NCBI RefSeq assembly: GCF_009834535.1
Contig: NC_045697.1
Coordinates: 12,278,001 to 12,342,000 of the forward strand
Direction of reading: 5' to 3'
Source of the DNA: Camelus ferus
Taxonomy: Eukaryota
DNA: 64,000 bases
Below the pieces are notes generated by a model. The model ran no database searches, was not told the origin of the DNA, and saw nothing but the letters and a program-made list of their open reading frames with translations. Shown piece after piece: positions 13,901 to 23,289 of the stretch (the stretch's first letter is position 1; every line of letters begins with the position of its first letter). A program made the translations under genes and the position numbers.

Positions 13901-14553
13901 AGACAGAAGGGGCGTCTTCCACTGAAATTTCAAAGAAGGGATGGATGGGCAGATTCTGCAAGGGCACATGCACAAACAGATAGGAGTGATCAGCTGTTGT
14001 TTGTAGGTTTTGAAGGAGGCCAACCTGGCTAACCTGGAGAGTTTGAACGGGGTTGGGAGACTGGTGATCTGTCCACGGTGTCACACACTTAAGCCTTAAG
14101 GTCACTGACAGAATAAAAGGGGTTAAAGTTCTCGTGAAGGGTGTCTGTATAAATAATGGTTATGACTAGGTGGCTTGGGCAACTGCTAATACCCAAGGTA
14201 GGTCTTATCCTCACTACTGCTCTGTTACCAGATGATGAGGGGTGAGCCCCTAGGAATTAATTCACATTGTTGAGAGCCTTTGGGAATGCTCAGTTGAGAG
14301 TTTTAATGAAACTAAAGTGGCAGTTGAACCGAGAACAACAGTTCAAGATAGAAGGAAGGCTCTGCTACTTTGAAGGATTATATGAAAAATCAAAATGCAT
14401 GAGGATTTACATGAACACAAGCTCCCAAATATGAGCGTGAATCCATGCTCTGCCACCCTACAGTTATTTTATTAATAAAAGTTGGTATTTAATTTTCTTT
14501 TTTCTTCTCCTAGGACACTTGTAAAATGAAATGCAGCATTTAGGCATAGGTGG

Positions 14554-14903
14554 TGTCTCAGTGTATTCAGGCTGCTATAACAAAAATACCACAGACTGGG
14601 TAGATTATAAACAACAGAAATGTATGTCTCACAGTTCTGGAGGCTGGGAAGTCCAAGATCATTGCGCTGGCAGATATGGTGTCTGATGAGGCCTGACTCC
14701 TGGTTCAGAGACAGCTGTCTTCTTGCTGTGTCCTCATGTGGCAGAAAGGGCATGGGAACTCTCTGGGACTCTTTCATAAGGGCACTAATCCCATTCATGA
14801 GGTCTCTGTCCTTATGACTTTATCACCTCCCAAAAGCCCCTCCTCCAAATACCATTACTTGGGAATATGAATTTGGGGGAACACAAATGTTCAGTCTGTA
14901 GCA
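14554..14903 (-). mobile_element. MLT1A-type MaLR solo LTR
   Basis: tgtctcagtg...ggctgctataacaaaaataccacagactggg...ttcagtctgtagca. Perfect 5-bp TSD ggtgg at 14549-14553 and 14904-14908. Confidence 0.92.
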
Positions 14904-15680
14904 GGTGGTTGTGAGCATCTTTTTTTGTCAATGCCTTATCTTTGTGGTTCTGGGTCCTCACCACCACCACCATCACAAAGGCATCATGCTGTATGCTTCC
15001 TGATATGTAATACCAGACTCTTTTGGGCATAGTAATAGACTAAGGTCCAGTTCTCGTTCTTGAAGAGGAAATGGGATGTGTAGGGAAGACAGTAAGGGAA
15101 TTAACATTTACTTAGGCAGTTTCTATGTGCCATCCACTTATATCAAATATATAACATGAAAACAGGCTGAAAAATATTGCTATCTTGACAGCTGGCATGG
15201 TGCAAGAGTTATTTAGGAAGAGAAGAGTCATTGGTTAGAAAACTCTTTTAGATTACTTTGGTGGTGGAAAGCAAGGCTTGGTGACCTGGTATGGAAGAGC
15301 TGTGCTATAAGGAGATGGGAAAAGTGAAAATTAAAAACATTTAGGGATGAGTCAACAGTTAGAGGGTCAGGTGTAGTGCCCCACATTGATCACTTATGGA
15401 ATGAAATGTAGATGAGTTTGATTGGCTCAATCCAGGCCCCACGCTTATATATGCTTATACTCAAACTTCCTAAGCAAGGAGGACTAGGGTTGAGTTCCAG
15501 CTTGGAGAGGTGAGAGTAGTAATTTAGGGCATTCTTCAAACATATGAAAGCTGTTCAGAAGATGCTGGGAGAGCCAAAACATTATGGGCCCACTATAAAT
15601 AGAAATCCTCTTTTAATCCTCTTTTGAATCTATTTCCATCTCTTCTGTCTTGATTACAGAGACCCATGAAAAATAGTGCC

Positions 15681-15797
15681 TAGGGTCACCGTGGTCAGAA
15701 GTGCTAGCTATGCACTGCATGACTCCTCAGGGTGTGCCATTTACGTAGACTCTGATGTGAGTGGTTTCCCTGGAGTTGTGCAACTTGGAAGCCCTTG
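15681..15797. mobile_element. MER91A-like palindromic hAT-Tip100 MITE
   Basis: tgcactgcatgactcctcagggtgtgccatttacgtagactctgatgtgagtggtttccctggagttgtgca, an imperfect hairpin. Confidence 0.7.
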
Positions 15798-15879
15798 AAG
15801 TGCCCCTTCGCATTTACAACACTAATTAATAAGAAAAAGCGTTCTAGAATGCTTACTGTGATTCAGGTACTGTCCTCTG

Positions 15880-16240
15880 CAGGACAATGGATAGTCCAGA
15901 GCAGACTTTGAGGCTTTGGCTTTGAATTTCACGTCTGCCACTTTTCAGATGTGTGGCCATGGACAAGTTATCTAAACTCTCAGAATCTTACTTTCTTTGT
16001 AAAGTGGAGGTGCCAATATTTACTTCATCATGTTATACGTGCCTGGTCCAGGGTAAGCGTATGGAAATGGCAGCTGTAATTATGATTTACAAACATTATC
16101 TCATTTAATTCCCGTTACAGTCTTATAATTTAGTTCTAATTCATGGGGAAATTGAGGTTCAGCAAACATAAGTCTTACCCAAGATAAGATATCTGTGGCA
16201 GAGTATGGATTCACACTCCTATTTGGGAGCCTGTACTCAT
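15880..16240. mobile_element. Two MIR fragments, tail to tail (+ then -)
   Basis: tgtgtggccatggacaagttatctaaactctcag (+); ggggaaattgaggttcagc (-). Confidence 0.65.
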
Positions 16241-16265
16241 TCTATATGGACAACTTGACTTTTAC

Positions 16266-16384
16266 CTATTTCCAAGGATAACTCTTCAAACTGAAGTCCT
16301 TTTCTTCCGAGCCTCTCTTGCCATGTCCAACATAAATATTAATGCAGCTACCATCTGCCATCATGTATGAGCACTTGGTCAAAT
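16266..16384 (-). pseudogene. Candidate decayed exon 5: calcium-binding EGF-like
   Basis: aaaatag|AT ... AG|gtaaaa. A phase-1 start gives DLTKCSYMMADGSCINIYVGHGKRGSEEK, a degraded match to D-x-N-E-C...C-I-N-x-x-G...C-x-x-G-F. Confidence 0.5.
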
Positions 16385-18011
16385 CTATTTTAGCAAATGA
16401 AGTAAAATTGCCTTTTGTTTGGTTTAGTATATGTGTGTTATGCTTTCTTATGACTATCCAGTCCATTTTTGAAGTGGAGTCTTGGTTACCTAGGGAACTG
16501 GAATACAGTACTGGTAAATGTTTTTATTTTTAATGAGATGCAAGTTCAAAGTGGTTAGAATTGTTGGCTGAATTTCAACTGGTAACCTCTGCATTGACTG
16601 GAAAGTAACATAATTTCACTTTTTATTTTTTACATAAAACTAAAATTAAAGGTGGGAGAAAAAGGAGTTGATGAGAGTTGATGAAAAATAAGAATTTTTA
16701 AGTTGCAGATATTCTGCCTGCAGTTCAAAGCCAGTTAATTAATATCTTTATTTCAGACTATATAATTTGCATGTAATTTTTTTTTCACTCTGGGACATGT
16801 TTTATATATTTTAAATGGGGATAAATTTCACATGCCATGTTACAGCAGATACGTAACCGTTAATGGTTTTAAGTTCCTTTTTGGAGTGGTACTGTATGAT
16901 GTCTATGGGATCTTGCCTCTCCCTAGACTTACCTTTCTTTTTAAAGAAGCCTATACTTAGTTCACAGAACTCTTACAATGCACCATCATTATAAAAAGAA
17001 TTGAAATTAAAAATGAAATAAAAATTACCCAGTGCTCCTTTCTCTGCCTCCAGGACTACAACTGGTAAAGACAAGGTCATGACAGAGAGATCCAACCAAA
17101 AGTGACAGAGGATTTTGGGAATTAAAGGCATAAGTCAAAGTAACGTTTGTTGAAGAAATCCGAGGCTCCATTACCGAGGAGTATACCTCTAGCGCCAGCC
17201 TGAGGTCTGGAGGGATGGAAATACAAGGAAGGACTCAGAATGAAAACTTTGGACCAGGTAAAGACTCAAAGGTTATGAATTTGAACTGCAATTGAATGAG
17301 GGGAAAGTTGGATGCTGTTTGTGTTTTACTCTAATGGTGGCAGGTGATCAAAGCTTGGATCGGTCAGCCAAGTATTTTAAGAGGCCAGTGTCGGGGCAAA
17401 CATGTCCTCACAGAGTATGTGTTTTAGTCTTTTCATGTTTTCTTTTCATCTTTTATGTTAATCAGAATTAAGTTTCACCATGAGGGATTGTTTTCAGTCT
17501 AGTTTCCTAGAATCCTAGCCTGAGAATATGGAGACAAGGGCAGTATGTACAACAGTCCAGGGCTGAGGTTGGAATTGAGAGCCAAGCATGTAACTACTGA
17601 AGTGTTAATTTAATGGGTCTGGGTAGAGAGATAATCATTTATGTCTTGGGAATCAGAGACTTCAGAATAGAGCAAGCAGGATGGAGTAAAAGGCAGGAGG
17701 TGCCCTGAGGTGCTGGATGTAGCCACAGAGGCATTTCCTCATGTGCTTGTTACTGGTCTTTTAGAACTGGACAGGATGTGTTTATGGGCAGTGAGACTAA
17801 TTGGACCTTCAAGGATGGATAGCAATCAGATGGAGTGATATAAGGGAGGGTATTTCAGTGGAACTGTGCTCAGGAGGAGCCAAATGGGAGGAGTGGTTGA
17901 AATATTTCATGGATCTCTTGAACCCATTCCCCTTAGCTGTGTGACACCCACATTATGTCATTTAAGATTCACTTTTGGGGTACATCTGGGCCCTATCAGT
18001 TGAGCTCTTAC

Positions 18012-18175
18012 CTTAGTAAATACTGAGATGATAAAGCCAGCTATTGGTGATGCCATGAGTTTGTTGGGTAGCCATTCTTCTAAGGAGCCTCCTTTATACT
18101 CATAATATTATCCTCTGATTGGTGGTGCGATAACAAAACAAAGTAGCCTTGGCCTGTCCTATCAAGACATTCAGA
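18012..18175 (-). pseudogene. Candidate decayed exon 4: C-terminal half of a SEA-like module
   Basis: Strong acceptor ctcttcatcttttcag| and donor AAG|gtaaga. 164 nt fits phase 2 in and phase 1 out, matching both neighbours. Three in-frame stops (LNVLIGQAKATLF...IIL*V*RRLLRR...SIY*). Confidence 0.5.
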
Positions 18176-18831
18176 CTGAAAAGATGAAGAGCTTTCCAGG
18201 AAGTTCACTGGAAGGCAAAGTATCTTCAACATGAAAGGGGTAGTGGTGGTGGAAAACAATGCATCAACTGAGCAGACGCAAAAGACGGAAGAAGTGCGCA
18301 AGGGCCAGTAGTGAGAGGAGAAGGCCGAGGTGACCTTCTAAGAACTAGTCATCAGAGCAGGGAAGCCTGACTAATGCAATAAAGAGGCACAGAATAACCA
18401 TAGCAGGAATGTATGAGTGTGTCACAATCCACACAAGACTGAGGGGGAGGAGAACACAGGAGACAGGGAGCAGTCAGACACTGACAAGTCATTCTCAGAG
18501 GAAGTGCGTGGACCAGCTCTTGTTGAGAGGGGGAACTAGTGGGCAAAACTAAGGACATAAGTGGTTCCTATGTATATAAAAAGTATTTTATCTTATTTGA
18601 GGTTAGCAAAATCATTTAGTATGTATAATGTGTTATTCTCAAGCATGTTCCTTTTAAAACATTACTAGCTCCAGTAGAGAATACCGATAGGTTAGTGAAA
18701 TAGTTTAATTTGGGTGAATTTTACCAGCTACCTGTTCCCTGGATTAATGCCCAGACTGGACAGTTTCTACTGACTTGAATCTACCTATATCTTTATTTTC
18801 CTGATAGGAACAAAAGGGTTTGGGTACTTAC

Positions 18832-19492
18832 TTGCATATTTGAGATAAAGGATCTTTGATGAAATTGAGTTGTGTATAAGTATAAACAAGCTGCCTACTC
18901 TCAAAAAACACTTCACTTTCCAAGTGCAGAAAGGTGTAAATTTAATGACAAACCTCTACAAATAAATCGCTCCGTATACACTTGCTGATATATGAGTATA
19001 CAGTGCTTTCAGAAACAAGTAGAAATGGACTTAAATCCTTATATGGACATATAAATTCTTCACATTTGAAAAATATGACCAAGGACATTAAAATATTCAT
19101 AGAGGCCCCTTTTCAAAAGAATTGACTGAAGATTTTTTTCTACCTGCAACAGATTGTACTTAATTGTCCTGAGGAGTACTAGAAAAATCTGTATCTTTGT
19201 CCCTCACAACAGGTGTGAAGGCTAATGCTCTGCTGGAGGATAGCTCACTTTTAAACCTGCTCTGAGTGAATCGTTGGTACATTATAAATCTCCCGGAAGT
19301 GCTCAGTTATCAGATTTAAAAGAGCAGGCATGCATAGTCATCAAGTAAATGGTTTATAACAAACGTAGTTATAGTTATATATGGTGCTGTTTGAAAATGT
19401 AAAAAGCATGGCATGGAAGTGTAAAAATGCATCCTTGAATAAGATGCCAAGGAGAGAAAACCTTGACATTACTGGCTTTAGCAAGTGCGTGC

Positions 19493-19532
<40 letters not shown>

Positions 19533-19981
19533 CCTCTTGCTATTTCTGAGTTTTCCTGGAAATCCATAGAATGTAATCCTTTGGTATTTTGCTAAGGCAC
19601 ATGTAGCGTGGAGCTTATTTTAGTCACAGAATTTATGTTAATGATTTTGTAAATTCTTTTGTTTCTGTTTGTATAGAATCTTTATAAATTGGAAGAGGGT
19701 CAGTTGAAATTTTTCACTAATAATTACTCCATTTTTATGGGAGAAATTATATGTTGTAATGACATTTTTAAATGCTTCTCATGGATGTTATTGGTCTGTC
19801 ATATGAACAAAGGTACTATTAGAAACATGTTTCCGTGTATATTAGGAATTCTGAGAGGGAACAGAACCTGATAACAATGAATTATTAGCACATATGTGTG
19901 GGTGGTCCAGGAGTGGCGATGAAGAAGTTATGTGATTTGCTGTTTATAGCTATTCTCTGCTATTGCTTTTATGTTTAATTC
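18832..19981 (-). pseudogene. Candidate decayed exon 3: long stalk plus start of SEA-like module
   Basis: Acceptor aatttttgttctttag|G and donor AA|gtaagt. 1150 nt with no recognisable interspersed repeat and long partly open frames (STDPLPIYKDSIQTETK...NSVTKISSTLHVP*; ...LHLESEVFFESRQLVYTYTQLNFIKDPLSQIC). Confidence 0.4.
19484..19530 (+). repeat. (GCGT)n(GT)n microsatellite
   Basis: gtgcgtgcgtgcgtgtgtgtgt... Confidence 0.95.
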
Positions 19982-20330
19982 CTAAAGAACAAAAATTATT
20001 TGGAGGAGCTAGGAAGGCCAAAACTGTAGCTCAATTTCAAAGAGCAAGGCAAGGATTGAGGGCAGTTGGCAGCCCAGAGAGTAAGACCAAGGATGGCAAG
20101 GTTTGGAGAAGGGGCAGAGGTTCACAGTAGCAAATGCAAACAATGTAAAAGAAGGAGGAAGATTTCAGGTTGGTTGTATTTCCTGGAATAAAAGTCCCTG
20201 GCTTTCTTAATAGGTGGTTGTCTAATCTCTTTTTTGAATACCACTTTAGAGATAGGACAGTCTATTTTGGAGTTGTTCTAATTTTCTAAAAGTTATGTAT
20301 TGTATATTGAACACAAATCTTCAGATTCTT

Positions 20331-20502
20331 TTTTTTAAATATTTTTAATTTATTTATCATCACTATTATTTAATTATTTTATTTTGGCTGAGGGATGGGG
20401 GAGGTAATCAGGTTTATTTATTTTTGGAGGAGGTACTGGGGATTGAACAGGACCTCATGCATGCTAAGCATGCACTTTACCAATTGAGCTACACCCTCCC
20501 CC
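20331..20502 (-). mobile_element. Camelid tRNA-derived SINE (Vic-1-like)
   Basis: Revcomp begins GGGGGAGGGTGTAGCTCAATTGGTAAAGTGCATGCTTAGCATGCATGAGG...TTCAATCCCCAGTACCTCC with an A-rich tail. TSD ttcagattctt / ttcagtttctt. Confidence 0.88.
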
Positions 20503-20559
20503 TTCAGTTTCTTTTTAATTCTTTGATATTAGATATTGTCCAGATACTTCACAATTCCT

Positions 20560-21140
20560 CCTTTTAATAAATATTAACTGAGGACCTGCTGTGTGTAGGC
20601 ACTGTTATTAGTGCTGGGTATACTGTGTTAACCAGACAAAGTCTGAAGACATGACACTTACATTTTAGTGAGGGCAGACAAAAATATGCAAGCAAATAGT
20701 GAACACAAACCAAAAAATCAGACGGACAACTAGTGTTTAGAGAATTAAATATGGTGGTATCATATAGCGTGATTGGGAGGCCAAAGGAGACTTCCCTAAC
20801 AACGTAACTTGCAAACTATGCAAAGATTGGAGCATTTAACTCTAGGGCACAGTTAGGGAAAGAGAACAAGTTGTGTACCTTATAAGAGGATCACTCTAGC
20901 TGCTGGGTGGAGAATGGATGATGAAGAAGCAAGAGTGGATGAGATGTGACACCAGGGAGCTATTGTGATAGTTCTGGTGGGAGTTTGGGTTGGGGTAGTA
21001 GTGATGGAGAGGAGAGAGAAATGAACATATTGGGAGATATGTTTTGGGAGACTTGATGGATAGACTGGATGTTGAATATAAGGAAAGACAGGAGTCAAAG
21101 ACAACACAAAAATCTTTGGCTTGCACAGTGGATGGTGTTC
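20560..21140 (-). mobile_element. L2a fragment
   Basis: taataaatattaactgaggacctgctgtgtgtaggcactg...aggatcactctagctgctgggtggagaatgga...ggagtcaaagacaac. Confidence 0.8.
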
Positions 21141-21337
21141 CTGTTCCTCAGAGGGGAACACACACATACTGTCATTTCTTTCTCGGTATTAAAATGTTAT
21201 AAGTGATATGGTTTACAAATGTATTTGACATATCAGATGAAGGATAATTAGAAAGGAAGATGTTTACCATTATAGAGTTTATTCTGTTCTTGCTAGAGTC
21301 CAAATACATATACCTATCCTAAATTAACTAACATTTC

Positions 21338-21945
21338 ATTTATTTATTTATTTATAAGTATTTATTTTTATTGAAGTACAGTCTGTTTACAATTATGTGC
21401 AAATTTCTAGTGTACAGCATAATGTTTCAGTCATCCATATACATACATATATTCCTTTTCATATAGTTTTTCATTACAGGTTACTACAAGATATTGAATA
21501 TAGTTCCCTGTGCTATACAGTATGAACTTTTTGCTTCTCTATTATATATATAGTAGTTAGTATCTGCAAATCTCAAACTCCCAATTTATCCCTTCCCACC
21601 CTCTTTCTCTCCAGGTAACCATGAGTTTGTTTTCTATGTCTGATGAGTCTGTTCCTGTTTTGTAAATAAGTTCATTTGTATCTTCTTTTTAGATTCCAGA
21701 TATAATATTATATGGGTATTATTTCTTTCTCTTTCCGGCTTACTTCACTTAGAATGACGATCTGCAGGTCCATCCATGTTGCCACAAATTCATTTTTATG
21801 GCTGAGTAGTATTCCATTGTATAAATACATCACAACTTCTTTATCCAGTCATCTGTCAGTGGACATTTAGGTTGCTTGCATTTCTTGGCTATTGTATATA
21901 TGCTGCTATGAATATTGGGGTGCATGTGCCTATTGGGGTGCATGT
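21338..21945 (-). mobile_element. L1 3' end (artiodactyl/camelid type), 5'-truncated
   Basis: (TTTA)n tail, attgaagtacagtc...caagatattgaatatagttccctgtgctatacag...ttacttcacttagaatga. Confidence 0.9.
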
Positions 21946-22187
21946 GTCTTAAACTCATTTTAGAACGTAAAATAGCTGCTAAAGACAAGATGTTTATAGA
22001 ATGCATTAGTTATCTTCTTCATACATTGAGATCTCTTAGGCAGTATTTAACAAAGAAAAAAATTATACATTTTGAAAGTTACAGTGTGAAAAATTAGGAA
22101 AAAATAAGTGGCAAAAGAAAAATATCTTGGGAAAATATTTCAATAGATAAAACTGACAAAGGGTTAGTATCTTTAACTTATAAGGAT

Positions 22188-22620
22188 TCTCGCAAACGAG
22201 TTGAAAACACCTGGTGTGTCCCCACCGGCGCATGCGCGCGCCCGGCACCCTGGGAAGGCGCCGGCAGGGCAGCCATTTGCCTTCCGAGGAGGCTTTCTGG
22301 AGCGATCGTCCGAAGAGGTTGGTGGTGGTGTGGCCGGCGTTTTCTGTGGCAGGTGGCAGGGCTGGTGGAGCAGCCGCCAGAGGAAAGCACCGTGGTTCGG
22401 TCTCGCAACTGTTGGATGAGTTAATGGGCCGGACGGAAACCGTGCCCTGGACGAGCAGCGCAACAACGTGCGGTTGGGCCCGGACAGCGATGTAAATATT
22501 ATCTGTGTGGTTTTTGTCCCGCGGAGCTGTTCTTTCAAAACAAACGAACGAGCAGAACAAACCCTGACAAGCACTCCGTTGGGAAAATGAGCACAGGTAC
22601 GTGGAAAGGCAGTTCACGAA
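22188..22620. promoter_or_regulatory. CpG island / candidate promoter with NRF1 motif
   Basis: About 35 CpGs in about 430 bp by manual count, in an otherwise CpG-depleted window. GCGCATGCGC at 22228-22237, YY1-like GCCATTT at 22272, donor CAG|GTACGT at 22596/22597. Confidence 0.6.
22241..22532 (+). pseudogene. LUC7L3: Processed retrocopy fragment of LUC7L3 (5'UTR plus about the first 47 codons)
   Basis: Reads QLLDELMGR...DEQRNNVR...CKYYLCGFCPAELF across frameshifts, versus LUC7L3 MISAAQLLDELMGRDRNLAPDEKRSNVRWDHESVCKYYLCGFCPAELF. Start codon ATG>GTG at 22392 in aagcaccGTG. Upstream sequence resembles the LUC7L3 5'UTR as I recall it. No intron present. Confidence 0.9.
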
Positions 22621-22699
22621 AGAAAAGGTGAAGAGCATGAGAGAAAGCTCAGCCACACCAATAATCAAGTCATTTAGGATTTAAAATGTTAATGAGAAA

Positions 22700-22940
22700 A
22701 TACGGTAGATATGAGCATAAACTCTGGAACTAGAATTCCTGCGTTTGAAGACCTATGCCTACAGCTTACTAAGGATAACTTTCGGTGAGTAACTTAACCT
22801 ATCTTTGCTTGAGTTTCCCCACCTATAAAATGGGGTCATAGTAGTATCCATCTCAAGGTTGTTTTGCATATTAAGTGGGTGTTTAGAACAGTTCCTAAGA
22901 TGTAATAATTGCTTTATGAGTTTTAGAAATTATTCTTATT
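22700..22940 (+). mobile_element. MIR SINE
   Basis: gagtaacttaacctatctttgcttgagtttccccacctataaaatgggg. Confidence 0.8.
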
Positions 22941-23289
22941 AGTGTCTTATTATAATCTAATGTCTAATTACTGTTAAATGTTTATAAGATGGCAATACTT
23001 AATATTGGCTAGGTGGGGGAAATGGGTGTTTTCCTACACTGTAGATGAGACTGTAGGCTGATCCATTATTTTTGGAGAGAGGTTTTACAGTATGTCTCAA
23101 AAGTCTTAAATGAAATCTTTAATACAATTCTACTTTTGGGAACTGAGCCAAAGATCTATATAATTATTTGTTCATACTTATAATGGTAAAAAATTAGAAA
23201 CAATTTTACTTCCAGGTAAAGAGGTGATTTGAATTTATACATTTAATTTCACGCACTCTCTCAATTTCATTAAAACTACAATAAAAAGA

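Larger units (their letters stand above)
22110..23220 (+). mobile_element. Old L1 (L1ME-like) ORF2 3' region, interrupted by the LUC7L3 retrocopy and a MIR; resumes at about 26870-27180
   Basis: gggaaaatattt...actgacaaagggttagtatc, then after the insert gggaaaatgagcacagg...aggcagttcacgaaagaa...gctcagccacaccaataatcaag. Confidence 0.65.

Noticed and set aside
13879..14104. Minus-strand AG...GT segment with a 74-aa frame, as another exon of the fossil gene
   Set aside because: The donor lies at the edge of a MIR, the body looks L2-derived, and the peptide fits no expected domain.
17054..17257. Plus-strand exon-like segment (ctgcctccag| ... CAG|gtaaag)
   Set aside because: Stops in all three frames and no partner exons; such site pairs arise by chance.
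22214..22495. Functional LUC7L3 gene or retrogene
   Set aside because: ATG mutated to GTG, several frameshifts, and only about 47 codons of homology.
22063..22668. 201-aa and overlapping minus-strand ORFs
   Set aside because: Stop-poor GC-rich antisense frames of the LUC7L3 fragment and L1 flank; no recognisable protein.
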